Below, in pieces: positions 24,071 through 34,205 of a stretch of 43,995 nucleotides of DNA. Made by a program: the position numbers and the translations under genes. Below the pieces are notes generated by a model. The model was not told the DNA's origin. It saw nothing but the letters and a program-made list of their open reading frames with translations, and made no database searches. The DNA is from a virus (Duplodnaviria; Caudoviricetes), in IMG/VR virus record IMGVR_UViG_3300030100_000511, positions 1-43,995 of that record, one strand, 5' to 3'. Every line of letters starts with the position of its first letter. Positions within the stretch are counted from its first letter, which is position 1.

Positions 24071-26734
24071 CTACACCGGCACGCTGTCGTCATCCAGGTA
24101 GACGCGGGGGTCGTACCCCACAGCCGTGACGTCGACTGACTCGAAACTGTTCGGGTTGATCTCAGTGATCAGCACGTCATGACTCCATGATGTGGTGGGG
24201 CCGAAGTAAACGTGCGGAGGCTCCATGCTGGGGTAGATCACCGGCACGTCTACCTCATCGGTAACGCCCTGCATGATCACCTCATCCTCAGCACTGCCCT
24301 GGGCAGCTGCGAATGGGCCAGCCATGGTGCCGTCAGCGCGGCGCCAGGCCGCGACGTGCGCGCCGCCGGCAGACCAGTCCAGGGGCTCGGTCACGAACAG
24401 CCGGTAGTCGCCACCGCCCATGTCCTCGAACCCGTCCAGCAGCATTGACTGCCCCTGGCCGGGCACATCGGTGATCAGCGCATTGCGGCGCATGTACCGT
24501 GAGTTGAGCGCGTCCAGTTCGGTGGAGAAGGTGAACTCCTTGCGCCGGTACTTGAGTTCTCGCCGGCGGCGCATGCCGATCTGGTACGCCTGGGTGCGGC
24601 TGGTCACGCCATCAAGGCGCAGCTTCTCGGTCTTAAAGCCCTGGTCGCCCGGCAGGCGGCACTGCACCTCGTCTTCTTCCCAAGTCGTCTCGTTGATGAA
24701 CTCCACATCGACGCCATCATGGTCGTCAGGGCGAGGCATGGTGATGCCGAACGAGATGTTGCTCACCACGTTCTGCGCGCTGTACGAATGCTCCACGACC
24801 GCCTGGGGCTCGTCCCGCGCCGGGCTCAACTTGCCGGCGGCAATGGTTAGCTCGGCCATGCCGGCGATCAGGCAACGGTTCAGTGACTCCTTGGCGGTGG
24901 AGTCGTCAGCCTCGATGAAATTGAACTGGTCGCCGCGGGCTTTCCAGATGGCATCAAGCCGGTCCAGTTCATCCAGGTCGATCTCGGCGTCGGTGTAGCC
25001 CACGCTCCGGGCGACATGGGCGAACCAGGGGGCAATGTCGCGGGTCGGCTGCGCCGCTGTCCATGCGCCATTCTCACGCACTGGGAGCTTGCGTGTGGCG
25101 ACCACGGACACCTGGTTCTCGGTCTGGCTGGCAATGGCGTCGGAGCCGGTCACAGTGAGGGCGATCACTGTCACGCCCTCATACCGGCTCGGTGCATTGT
25201 CGAACCTGGCGCGCAGCCCGTACCACTCCAGGCGGTCGACAACCTGGATGTCGTTCGATTCGGCCTTGACGCGACGCACCTGCACCTCGGGACGCATGGC
25301 GTAGGGCAGGGTGAGCCGGAACGTCCACCCGATCTGATCCCGGGTTCGGCCTGTGACTGACTGTCCGAGCGTGGTCCAGGTGGTGCCGCCGATAGGCCGG
25401 TAGCGGATCTCGATGTCGCGGTACAGCCGGTAGATATTCCCGCTCGACTCGCCGATCTCGCACAGACCCTGGGGGGCGAAAATGTCCCACTCCAGGGTGT
25501 TGGTCACTTCCCCCTCGGGGCAGGCGGTAAACGGCAGAGTCCAGTAGCCGACCAGCTCATCGGACGAGATAGTGACTGAGGCATTGCTGGTGGTGAGCGT
25601 CGGGAAGCCCGGCCAGCCGGTGGTGCCGCGAGCGGTCATCTTGAGCCCGTCGGTCACCGTCTCCACGACCTCATAGTCGTAGCCATTGCGGGTGATGGTG
25701 ATGGTTCGGCTGCCTTCGGGAAGCCCAGAAGCTGGAAGCCACCCCTGGTTGATGACGAACACTTCGAGAGTCAGCTGACCAGGGGTGCCTGGCGTGTAGT
25801 CGAGGACGCGATAGGAGGCATCGTCCAGCCCGTCAATCTCGAGCGCATTACCTGGGCTCAGCATCAGATAATCGAAATCACCCTCGATGATGTCGGCACC
25901 AGGCCCGGGGTCGCTGATCGTGACCGACTGGGGGATAGCGATGTCGATGACGGCGCCGGCCAGCCAGCCATTGGGCAGCTCGCCTGATGAGGTGATCTCG
26001 TCCCCGCTGAACGTCAGCTGGCCGGGCCAAGACTTGTCGGCATCCCGGTTGGACGGCAGCCGAATGCCGTTGGCGCCAACGCTGGGTCCGACCTCGGGCG
26101 TGTTGTACCAGTTCTGGTGCGCCGAGTGGCCGGTGACTGTCTCGCCTGGGCCGAAAATCTGGTAGCCCACAGCAGAGGAAAGCGCTCCGATCCGGGTGTT
26201 GCCGATGCGGATCTCGTCGGGGTCGATCTCGTACTCGCCCTTGCCGACGCACAGTAGCAGATCCAGGGCCTGCACCTTGGGCTCTACAAAGCGCCGGCGC
26301 GGAGCGGTGAGGTAGTCGGGGAACCGCCGGTGCCGGCCGGCCAGTTCGGGGATCACGTCGCCGGTCTTGACCTTGTTGCCCGTGGCGGAGGCCTCGAGCA
26401 GCGAACTGCCCTTGCCGCCAGACTTGTTCGACTGGCTGGGGATCGACGGCTTGAGCAGGAACGTGGCCGCGACCGCCACAACAGCTGCAATGGTGGCGGC
26501 GATCAAAGTGGCAGGCTCGCCCGGCTGCGGGCGAATCTCGACGTCTTGCCAGTGATGCATCGTGGTTGCTGCCCACTCGCCCTTGTCGACCAGCCGTCCA
26601 TCGACCTTGACGGTGACCCGCTCGCGGGCCACTTCGGGCACCCGGGCGTCGACCCATTCGCGCACCGACTGACCGCGCGGCTCGTCAATGATCAATGGCT
26701 CGCCGGGCAGGACACTGGGATAGAAGCGGATCAC
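24071..26734 (-). CDS. Tail tip / host specificity protein (J-like)
   Basis: GTG start (MIRFYPSVLPGEP) overlapping the upstream TGA; IPELAGRHRRFPDYL, VATRKLP, PTRDIAP and YDPRVY.DD motifs. Confidence 0.88.
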   Translation of the reverse strand: MIRFYPSVLPGEPLIIDEPRGQSVREWVDARVPEVARERVTVKVDGRLVDKGEWAATTMHHWQDVEIRPQPGEPATLIAATIAAVVAVAATFLLKPSIPSQSNKSGGKGSSLLEASATGNKVKTGDVIPELAGRHRRFPDYLTAPRRRFVEPKVQALDLLLCVGKGEYEIDPDEIRIGNTRIGALSSAVGYQIFGPGETVTGHSAHQNWYNTPEVGPSVGANGIRLPSNRDADKSWPGQLTFSGDEITSSGELPNGWLAGAVIDIAIPQSVTISDPGPGADIIEGDFDYLMLSPGNALEIDGLDDASYRVLDYTPGTPGQLTLEVFVINQGWLPASGLPEGSRTITITRNGYDYEVVETVTDGLKMTARGTTGWPGFPTLTTSNASVTISSDELVGYWTLPFTACPEGEVTNTLEWDIFAPQGLCEIGESSGNIYRLYRDIEIRYRPIGGTTWTTLGQSVTGRTRDQIGWTFRLTLPYAMRPEVQVRRVKAESNDIQVVDRLEWYGLRARFDNAPSRYEGVTVIALTVTGSDAIASQTENQVSVVATRKLPVRENGAWTAAQPTRDIAPWFAHVARSVGYTDAEIDLDELDRLDAIWKARGDQFNFIEADDSTAKESLNRCLIAGMAELTIAAGKLSPARDEPQAVVEHSYSAQNVVSNISFGITMPRPDDHDGVDVEFINETTWEEDEVQCRLPGDQGFKTEKLRLDGVTSRTQAYQIGMRRRRELKYRRKEFTFSTELDALNSRYMRRNALITDVPGQGQSMLLDGFEDMGGGDYRLFVTEPLDWSAGGAHVAAWRRADGTMAGPFAAAQGSAEDEVIMQGVTDEVDVPVIYPSMEPPHVYFGPTTSWSHDVLITEINPNSFESVDVTAVGYDPRVYLDDDSVPV

Positions 26735-27126
26735 GAATAGTACCTCACGGTCATGTACTTGCTCTCGAAGTCGGCGATGCTCAGCCAGCGGCAACCGATC
26801 TTGCGGCCGGTCTCCAGTACGCCCAGGCGCCCGTTGACTTCGACGCACACGCCAACGTGCACGCAAAGCCTGAATTTCCAGACGGTGGCGATCGCGCCAG
26901 GCATCGGCGGGCCCTCGGCAAAGGCATCGACCTCGGCCTGGTAAGCGTCCGTCAGGCCGCGCTTGTCGTCTGGCGAGATGGCACCGTAGCTTGGCAGCAG
27001 CGGGAGGCCGAACAGCTCGTTACGCACAGCGCGGACGAGGCCCCAACAGTCGAATGCCAGGCGTCCGGACACGGCTTCGCCACGCCCACCATCGCGGTAG
27101 GCGCTCATCAGATAGGGCTGGATCAT
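26731..27126 (-). CDS. NlpC/P60 tail assembly protein (K-like)
   Basis: YRDGGR...FDCWGLVR...HVGV. Confidence 0.9.
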   Translation of the reverse strand: MIQPYLMSAYRDGGRGEAVSGRLAFDCWGLVRAVRNELFGLPLLPSYGAISPDDKRGLTDAYQAEVDAFAEGPPMPGAIATVWKFRLCVHVGVCVEVNGRLGVLETGRKIGCRWLSIADFESKYMTVRYYS

Positions 27127-27163
27127 GGGGCACCAACTATAAGCCCCGCTCAGTGGCGGGGCG

Positions 27164-27655
27164 TCAGAGGTATTTCAAACCGGGCGCGAAATCGGTCGTG
27201 TACCGGTCTCGCGGCCAGGCCATGTTGATGATGTCGAGATAGGAGCAGACCACCTGCATGGTCGCTCCCTTGAACTCCGGAGCAACCAGCACCATCCGTA
27301 GCGGCGGCTCAGCAGGCTCCGATAGGTCGCTCGACAGGTACATGCGGTAGATCACCGTCACCGGCTCCGGGTCGTCGCTGTCGATCACGGCCAGGATGGC
27401 GTTCTGCGCCTGGCCGGTGACGTTCTCGATGGCGAACTGCAGGTTCTGCTGGCCCGTTGCGTCACGGGCCGGCAGGGACACATCCAGGGCGGAAGCCTTG
27501 AACGTGACCACCTCGCCAGTCTCGAGCGTCACGGTCTGATCGACGAATCCCGAGCAGGTGCGGATAGCCGGGAACGAGGGGTGTGCGATCTCCAGGGTGG
27601 AGATGTGCGCCACGCCGGCGGGGGCTGATGCAGTGAAACAGCTGACGTTAGTCAT
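27164..27655 (-). CDS. DUF1833 minor tail protein
   Basis: TLEI...LQFAIENVTG...YRMYLSSDLSEP...WPRDRYT..FAPGLKY. Confidence 0.85.
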   Translation of the reverse strand: MTNVSCFTASAPAGVAHISTLEIAHPSFPAIRTCSGFVDQTVTLETGEVVTFKASALDVSLPARDATGQQNLQFAIENVTGQAQNAILAVIDSDDPEPVTVIYRMYLSSDLSEPAEPPLRMVLVAPEFKGATMQVVCSYLDIINMAWPRDRYTTDFAPGLKYL

Positions 27656-29805
27656 AACGGGTACGTAAATAGGTCGTTAATGTCCACTACCTCATTATTG
27701 GGCTCTGCTGGCCCTCCCTCTGTTCGCAACTTAGTCATGTTTCTATCTTGAATGACGTCATGTACAAACTTGTTTTTAATGGTTGTCGTGCTTCTAACGT
27801 AGTAAATAGAATTTGCAGGAGATTTTCCGCTATCCCATGTGAACCTGTTCATATTGGTAATGTTTGCGGATGCGCCAGATATCGCACAAATTACAGCACC
27901 GTAAGCTCTTCCCGTAACTTCGGTGGCATGGCTTCCACAGTTGTGGAAGCTGTTGTCAACAATCATGCCGTTGGATGTGTCAGGATTTGACAGCAAAACC
28001 CCAACGTAAGGGCAATCTTTGAATGACGACGCTGATACGTTATACCCCCGGCACTGATCCAGCTGTAAAGCAGTTTCCGCGTTTCTGAGGTGGCAGTCTG
28101 TTATCCTTAGCTCGTCGCAGTTGTACGCCTTTATTAGGTACTCACCTCCACCGCCTCGATTACCCGATAGCGTGACACGATCGCAGCCATTATTGAGATT
28201 AAAACAACCGGAAGGATTGTTTCTGGCCTGATTTGCAGAAAGAATGGAGTCTTTAACGCCAACGCTGCAATTATAACCCCATTCTCCGTTGTTAAAGCTG
28301 TGGTTTCCTGCCGCGGTCAGCCAAGATGTTTCATTGAAGAAAAAGCCATCCTTGCCATTTTCGTAGGCGAAGCAGTTTACAATCTTTCCCTCGACCAGTC
28401 CGCCATCTCCGACCCCACCAGATCCTGCCGCCACTGCAACAAGAAGGCCGCCTCCGGCGTTTCCGTAACAACGAACCCCGTCAACCAGAAGTTTTCTCAC
28501 GTATTGAGTCGCATCCTGCTTAACGTTGGGCTCAATGTCAATTCCAGCGGCGGGTGCTGTCCCATTTGTGTTCCGGTAATGCCCGCGAATAATGTTTACA
28601 CCGATGCCCGAGGTAATGGAAAGTCCTTGGCGACGGTTGCCATCCCCAATGCAATCCTCGATAGTTACATTAGTGATCGTTGTTGCGTCAGCATTCCCGA
28701 CGTACCAACCGTCACCCCAAAAGTCAGAGCTTTCGACACCAATAAACTTTACATTACTAGCTCCGCCACCAATATATATACCATGCCCGAACTCCCCGTC
28801 GGTTCCGGTGTGGTCGTACCTCTCGCCTACCGCCACGCCTCCCTGCCAGCGGACGTTTGAACAATTCTCTACGGCGATGGTCTTAGTGAGACCGCTGGAA
28901 GAATTGGGTAGCGTGGAAAACTTCGCTTCTTTATGGGCTTCCACGTCAGTATCTGACGGAACGGTTAATGGCGCACTGACAGCATCAATTGGGTATTCGC
29001 CCTTTGGGAAATAAGCGCGCTTTGTTAACTGCAGGAATTCGGAAAGCTCCAACCCCTCGTGGGCGTTTCTGCCTAAGCCGAGCCCCATCATCTGGGGGGT
29101 GTGGCGATCCACTGCAGTTCGAACAAGAAACATGCCAGGAGTTGCAGTGGCATATACGTTCAGGCCGTCCTCTTGGTCGGCCTCTGCCGTGGCCACAAAC
29201 TCACCGCCGCCAGCTGGGTGGTATGGCGCATGCATGGCCCAGTCGGAATAATAAGATGAGACGTGAACCCGCTGGCCCTCGATAGGGAACTCTCCGAGCT
29301 TGGCCGAGGCAATGCTTTTGAACACCGGGCCAATTGCATCAAGAGTTTCTTTTAGGCTCTTCCCTTCATATGAAACAAGTTCGGCCCCACTGGGCGCTGC
29401 CAGCTCCTGCCGCAGCGCCGCATCCCCCACTGCCACCATATTGACCTCATCGGTCGCCCAGGTGGTGGTGATGTAGGGCATCGTCTGATCAGGCTTGAGG
29501 CGGTAGAACTCGCCGCCTTTGGTGAAAAGCTGGTTGAGCGCAGTGATGGTCAGCGGGCCGTCGGCGTCATAGTCCTCATACGCGCCGCCGGCACCGGTTC
29601 CGGTGTACCCGCTGTTGACCAGGAACTGCTGGAAGTCCTGCTCCATGCCATGCCACGTCTTGCGCGGAACGCCCAGGCGGTCGGGATGCTCGGTTTTCTC
29701 CTGGCTATTGACCAGCACATCCAGATTTTGAGCGTTGTCGAACAGGTCGCGCGGATCAGCTGAACCATTCGGGAGGACAGGGTTTCCGGTAGCGTACTTG
29801 GTCAT
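27652..29805 (-). CDS. Tailspike with right-handed beta-helix (pectate-lyase-like depolymerase)
   Basis: N-terminal anchor YATGNPV...SADPRDLFDNAQNLD...VGDAALRQELA; parallel beta-helix repeats (GDGWYVG, NRRQGLSI, GIDIEPN). GC drops after the anchor. Confidence 0.88.
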   Translation of the reverse strand: MTKYATGNPVLPNGSADPRDLFDNAQNLDVLVNSQEKTEHPDRLGVPRKTWHGMEQDFQQFLVNSGYTGTGAGGAYEDYDADGPLTITALNQLFTKGGEFYRLKPDQTMPYITTTWATDEVNMVAVGDAALRQELAAPSGAELVSYEGKSLKETLDAIGPVFKSIASAKLGEFPIEGQRVHVSSYYSDWAMHAPYHPAGGGEFVATAEADQEDGLNVYATATPGMFLVRTAVDRHTPQMMGLGLGRNAHEGLELSEFLQLTKRAYFPKGEYPIDAVSAPLTVPSDTDVEAHKEAKFSTLPNSSSGLTKTIAVENCSNVRWQGGVAVGERYDHTGTDGEFGHGIYIGGGASNVKFIGVESSDFWGDGWYVGNADATTITNVTIEDCIGDGNRRQGLSITSGIGVNIIRGHYRNTNGTAPAAGIDIEPNVKQDATQYVRKLLVDGVRCYGNAGGGLLVAVAAGSGGVGDGGLVEGKIVNCFAYENGKDGFFFNETSWLTAAGNHSFNNGEWGYNCSVGVKDSILSANQARNNPSGCFNLNNGCDRVTLSGNRGGGGEYLIKAYNCDELRITDCHLRNAETALQLDQCRGYNVSASSFKDCPYVGVLLSNPDTSNGMIVDNSFHNCGSHATEVTGRAYGAVICAISGASANITNMNRFTWDSGKSPANSIYYVRSTTTIKNKFVHDVIQDRNMTKLRTEGGPAEPNNEVVDINDLFTYPL

Positions 29806-29829
29806 GGGGAAGTCCTTGGAATCGGGCAC

Positions 29830-29853
29830 AAAAAACCGCCTCTATGGGCGGCT
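29830..29853 (-). terminator. Terminator hairpin after the HNH gene
   Basis: AGCCGCCCATAGAGGCGG followed by a T run on the minus strand. Confidence 0.65.
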
Positions 29854-29874
29854 GTGGTCATTTATAGGGAGTAG

Positions 29875-30465
29875 TCAGGGCGTCGGACATTTGTGCTGCG
29901 CTTGTTCGCAGTAGTTAGGCGCGCGCTTACTGCCGTGCGTTTTCGTGTATCCGGCACCGCACTTGTTCACTCCTGAGATCATCTGCCTTCGATACTCAGA
30001 GGCAAGCGACTTGGCTATTAGGTCACCATATTTCTTGCAGGAGAAGCTCTTGTGCCGCCTCTTTCCGTTGGCGTCTATCCAGTACGCGTCATATGACATC
30101 CTTGCAGGTCGATATCTAACACCCATGATCCCCGTCTTGTTGGCAGCACCAAGGCGCTGGTTTCGCGCGTTGAGGGATATTGTTACGGAACGAAGATTGG
30201 ATGAACGGTTATCGCTCTTGATTCCGTTGATATGATCTACGCATTTCGGCCACACCCCATCCCGCATAAAGACCAGCACCCTATGTGATAGATAGCCTTT
30301 ATCGTTAATGCTGATCTGCATGTAACCATCAGTCCTCAATGTGCCGGCCATCTCCCCTTTTTGACGCCCCCCTTTTGTCTGTCGGCGCCGAAAGGTTCCA
30401 GCATCAATATCGACTTCAAGCATATCAAGTACGCGCCGATAGAACTCAGAGTCTGCAGCCTGCAT
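29875..30465 (-). CDS. Free-standing HNH homing endonuclease with AP2-like C-terminal domain
   Basis: DGYMQI...HR...VDHINGIKSDNRSSNLR...N; NKTGIMGVRY...KSFSCKKYG...A..LA..YR. Confidence 0.9.
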   Translation of the reverse strand: MQAADSEFYRRVLDMLEVDIDAGTFRRRQTKGGRQKGEMAGTLRTDGYMQISINDKGYLSHRVLVFMRDGVWPKCVDHINGIKSDNRSSNLRSVTISLNARNQRLGAANKTGIMGVRYRPARMSYDAYWIDANGKRRHKSFSCKKYGDLIAKSLASEYRRQMISGVNKCGAGYTKTHGSKRAPNYCEQAQHKCPTP

Positions 30466-30467
30466 GG

Positions 30468-30926
30468 TTACGCCTCCGGGTATTCTCGATTCATTGCCAG
30501 GTCAATGATGCTGCTGCCGAGGATGAAATCGGGCGCGATCTCGATCCAGTCGGCTGGCATGAGCGGCCGCTCGAACAGTTCGACCTGGGCGGTGATACGC
30601 CATGAATCGAGGCCCACGAGGAAGGGGCCGCTGTACTGTTGCGCGAATCTTGCCTCGTACTTCTTGAGGCCCATCGGCGTCAGCGTCGGCCAGTCGAACC
30701 ACTCGGTGCCGCTCTTGAGCGTGTGTGCGTGCCAGCCCTCGAACAGCTGCGCCTCGGGCGTCGTGAGCAGCCACGAGACGCTGACTCGCGACGGCACGGA
30801 CGTGAACCGCTGCCGCATGCGGGATCGCCCGCTGGCCATGTCGGTGCGCTGCACCGGATCGACGTGATTGAGGCCGTATCCCTCGCGCAGCGGCAAGGGG
30901 AGGCCCTTGGGGTATTCGATAGCCAT
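30468..30926 (-). CDS. Distal tail protein (Dit / M-like)
   Basis: YPKGLPLPLREGY...RTDMASGRSRMRQRFTSVP. Confidence 0.8.
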   Translation of the reverse strand: MAIEYPKGLPLPLREGYGLNHVDPVQRTDMASGRSRMRQRFTSVPSRVSVSWLLTTPEAQLFEGWHAHTLKSGTEWFDWPTLTPMGLKKYEARFAQQYSGPFLVGLDSWRITAQVELFERPLMPADWIEIAPDFILGSSIIDLAMNREYPEA

Positions 30927-31000
30927 CGAAACTCCGAGGTAGATAGGTGCTTCCCATCTGCTAATCTGGTGAACCCACCCAGAGAGAAGGAGCAGCAGGA

Positions 31001-31222
31001 ATGGAAGTGATCACCGGCAACAACTTGGCCGTGAACGGAAAAGTTCCGGTCCATGTCGAGATCAGCGACGACAGCGACTACGGGCCAAATGAGTCGATTC
31101 AGGCTCGGGTCTGGGTCGACGACGTTGACTCTCAGGGTGCGCTGTACGCCTCAGCCGAGAGAGCGGCGATCCCGCTGCTCAAGCGAGCGCTCGCCGCGCT
31201 CGAGCAGAAGGTTGATGAGTAG
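31001..31222 (+). CDS. Small acidic protein inserted antisense between the tape measure and Dit genes
   Basis: SD AAGGAG; fills the gap exactly; convergent with the tape measure gene. Confidence 0.6.
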   Translation: MEVITGNNLAVNGKVPVHVEISDDSDYGPNESIQARVWVDDVDSQGALYASAERAAIPLLKRALAALEQKVDE

Positions 31223-31225
31223 CCC

Positions 31226-34144
31226 TTACGTGCCGCCTCGCTTCATCCTGTAGCGACTGGCGAGTTGGCCCGTGTAGGACGACGACGAACCGCTATCCAA
31301 GTCCTCCTGCATGACGCTGAGGATGAATTTCTTGTTCGCAGCCTGCTCCAGTCGAGCGTTTACCTGTTTCGGCTGGCCCTGGTTGATGATCTGTACGTCC
31401 ACCTCAACGCCGCCGCCATCCCCACCTTGAAGCATCTCCGCCGTCTGCTTGCGGGACGTCACCCTGGCAGGGCCTTCGATAATCTCGGGCCCGTATTCAC
31501 CAGCGATGCCCCATTTGCCGGCGGGTATGTTGCCGCCGTTGTCGAAGGCGCCTGCGTAGCTCGAGGCGCTGAATGATGGCGTTGAGGGTGTTTCCACGCC
31601 TTTGACCATGCTGAGAAGCGAGCCGATCTGAGCGCCAACCGATGCGGCGGTGCCGAGGGCGGCATACCAGGGCAAATCAGCGAACTGCCTCGCAGTGCCC
31701 ACGCCAAGGTAGCCGAGCATCTGGGCAATGTTGGCCACCTGCTGAAAGCCGATCAGCGCTTTGGTGATTCCGGCACTGTCTCCGGCGTACTGGGCGGACA
31801 TCTGAGCCAGGCTGCCGAACATGCTGGCCGAGCCTGACAGGATGGCCGAGCGCTCCTGCTGCTGAATCGCAATCTCTGCCTCGGCGCGACTCTGCCTAAG
31901 ATCTCGCAGAACCGCGTCGTATTGTGCGGCGTTCTCGGCCTCCAGCTCGCGGTACTGCTGGTACATGGCGATTTTCTCGTCATACCAGGCTTGTAGCGCC
32001 TCGCGTTCCTGCTGGATTCGCTGGAGTTCTCCGAAGGCGCCGCCGTACTCTGGCTCCAAACCTTCGACGACGGGAGCACCCTGCATCACCTGATCTTCGA
32101 TGCGACCACCAATCCCAGACCTAGCGATTTCGCCAGCCGGGCCTGTAATGCTGTTGGCGGCCTGCTGCTGTGCGAACAGCTCACCCAGCGATTGGCCTCG
32201 GACGTACTCCTCGTTGATGGCCTTGAGGCGGGACAGGTAGGGGTCAGCGTCCACGGCGGCTTGCTGCAGCTGATCAGCGGCCCAGCGGATGCCTCGGCCG
32301 TACTCTTCCTGGCCGACAACGCCTCGCGCCAATGCTTCATTGAGCATGCCCAAGCGCTCGTTGTAGTCAGCCTGGGCGGCGCGCATCGGGTCGAACTCCC
32401 TGCGCAACGACTCAAGCGCATCTGCCTGGCGTTCGAGCTCGCGGATACGGTCCTTAGATGCATCTCCGCCGCCACCACCCCCTGAACCCCCGCCAGGATT
32501 CTCGAATAGCCATTCATCCAGGGTCTTGAAGTTCCTGCTGCCCAGTTCTTGGCGGGCCTCTATGATCTCCTGCTCGATGCGCTTTTGCCGATCCAGCGCA
32601 TCTCCAAGCGCTGTTGTAGCGCGAACAGTCTGGCCTATGTGGCCTGCATCAAACCCAAGTACGCCAGCGCCTGATGCCTCCTGGTTCAAGCTGCTAAGCT
32701 CATCTCGGGCCGCTGCTGCTTGCAGCGCTACTTGCTTCAGGTCCTGCGTGAGCGTGGATATCCTGCTTTCAATCGCCGCATCGGAGAGATCATCCAGCTC
32801 ACCTCGCAGCCTCTCAATTTCATCTGCTGCCAATCCGGCTTGTCGAGGCACGAGCCCCAGCTCTTCGCGGAAGTAGTAGATCGAGCCCGCTGCTAGCACA
32901 GCAACGCCAGCTGGCCCGCCTACCAGAGCCATCGCGCCTGACAGACCGCGCGCTGCAATACTGGCCCTTCCCATGGCCGTAGTAGCTGCGTTGGTTGCAA
33001 CGGTATGAGCTCCAGCTGCCTCTGCTGCTCTTACCCTAGCTGCCGACAAAGCGTCCAAGGCGAACTTGTGCGCAGCCGTGCCACGAGTGGCTTGCTCTTC
33101 AATCCGGATAGAGCTGAGCATCGCTTTGGCTGATGCCAGTTCTGCAGCTGTCCGCCTAGCTATCTGCTGAGAGGCGACTGACTCAGCCTTTGCGTCAGCG
33201 ATATTTGCAGCCGTTTTTCTGGCGATTGACGCAGTGCCAGCCGCCATCGCAGCAACAAAACGCCCGGTATATATGCCAGCCGCCAAAATAGCCGCATCAC
33301 TGAGCAGCTCCACGCCGGTGGCCAGGGTTTCGACATTATCATTCAGGTAGTCGACTGCATCGGCGGCACCATCGAGCGCGGCATTGAACAGGTCGGTCGC
33401 ACCCGCTTCGCCGATAGATAGGTACAGGTCGGTGATGCTGTCGCCAAGATTATTGGCCTTGCCGCCTAGTGTATCCATTTGGTCAATGGCGGCATCAGCG
33501 AAGTTTGTGTTGCCGATGTTTTCAAGGTACTGCTGGATTTCTCGGGCGTTGTTGCCGATCTCGGTGGTAACGCCCTGAAAGGTGAGGGATACGCGGTCGC
33601 CGTCTTGGCTAGCCCGTATGCCGTACTCGCGAAGACGCTCAAATTCGCCCACAGTGGCATCGGCGACTGCCTCTACCATCTGCATCAAATCCGTGTTCAT
33701 TGCCGCCGCGGTGTTAGCAAATGAACGCATAGCCCTTTCAGTCGGATCAAGGCCCAGAGACTTCATGCGAATGAAGCCCTGTACTGACTGCTCAAGCTCA
33801 AAGGGCGTCGTCTTGGCGAACTCGCGCATCTGCTCCCAGGCAGAGTTAGCACCTTCGATAGAGCCGGTCACGGTAGCAAGAGAGGCCCGCATCTTCTCAA
33901 CACTCGAAACAGTGTTGAAAACGTCACGGCTGAACGAAGTTACGCCCATTGCCGCAAGCGCACCACCAGCAGCCAGAGCGACAGTCCGAAGATTGCCAAG
34001 CTCTCGGCCCATCCCACGGGCTGAATCCTGGGCGCGATCTCCCGCCCTGTCTACATCGTCCAGACCCCGTTCCACGCGCTTCAACGACTGCTCGCCGCTT
34101 CGGCTGTCAATCACCAATTCAAGGCGGCTGGAATAAGGCATCAC
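31226..34144 (-). CDS. Tape measure protein
   Basis: 972 aa, Ala-rich and helical; tape_meas motif FAKTTPFEL; C-terminal FDNGG...AGEYGPE. Confidence 0.93.
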   Translation of the reverse strand: MMPYSSRLELVIDSRSGEQSLKRVERGLDDVDRAGDRAQDSARGMGRELGNLRTVALAAGGALAAMGVTSFSRDVFNTVSSVEKMRASLATVTGSIEGANSAWEQMREFAKTTPFELEQSVQGFIRMKSLGLDPTERAMRSFANTAAAMNTDLMQMVEAVADATVGEFERLREYGIRASQDGDRVSLTFQGVTTEIGNNAREIQQYLENIGNTNFADAAIDQMDTLGGKANNLGDSITDLYLSIGEAGATDLFNAALDGAADAVDYLNDNVETLATGVELLSDAAILAAGIYTGRFVAAMAAGTASIARKTAANIADAKAESVASQQIARRTAAELASAKAMLSSIRIEEQATRGTAAHKFALDALSAARVRAAEAAGAHTVATNAATTAMGRASIAARGLSGAMALVGGPAGVAVLAAGSIYYFREELGLVPRQAGLAADEIERLRGELDDLSDAAIESRISTLTQDLKQVALQAAAARDELSSLNQEASGAGVLGFDAGHIGQTVRATTALGDALDRQKRIEQEIIEARQELGSRNFKTLDEWLFENPGGGSGGGGGGDASKDRIRELERQADALESLRREFDPMRAAQADYNERLGMLNEALARGVVGQEEYGRGIRWAADQLQQAAVDADPYLSRLKAINEEYVRGQSLGELFAQQQAANSITGPAGEIARSGIGGRIEDQVMQGAPVVEGLEPEYGGAFGELQRIQQEREALQAWYDEKIAMYQQYRELEAENAAQYDAVLRDLRQSRAEAEIAIQQQERSAILSGSASMFGSLAQMSAQYAGDSAGITKALIGFQQVANIAQMLGYLGVGTARQFADLPWYAALGTAASVGAQIGSLLSMVKGVETPSTPSFSASSYAGAFDNGGNIPAGKWGIAGEYGPEIIEGPARVTSRKQTAEMLQGGDGGGVEVDVQIINQGQPKQVNARLEQAANKKFILSVMQEDLDSGSSSSYTGQLASRYRMKRGGT

Positions 34145-34158
34145 GATCTCCAGGCATG

Positions 34159-34184
34159 AAAAAGCCCGGCGCTTGGCCGGGCTT
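34159..34184. terminator. Terminator after the lipoprotein morons
   Basis: AAAAAGCCCGGC-GCTTG-GCCGGGCTT. Confidence 0.7.
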
Positions 34185-34205
34185 ATGGTCGTTTTTCAGC
34201 GTTCG

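Noticed and set aside
24071-29805. Diversity-generating retroelement or invertible tail-fibre shufflon
   Set aside because: No reverse transcriptase, invertase, TR/VR pair or inverted crossover sites were seen.
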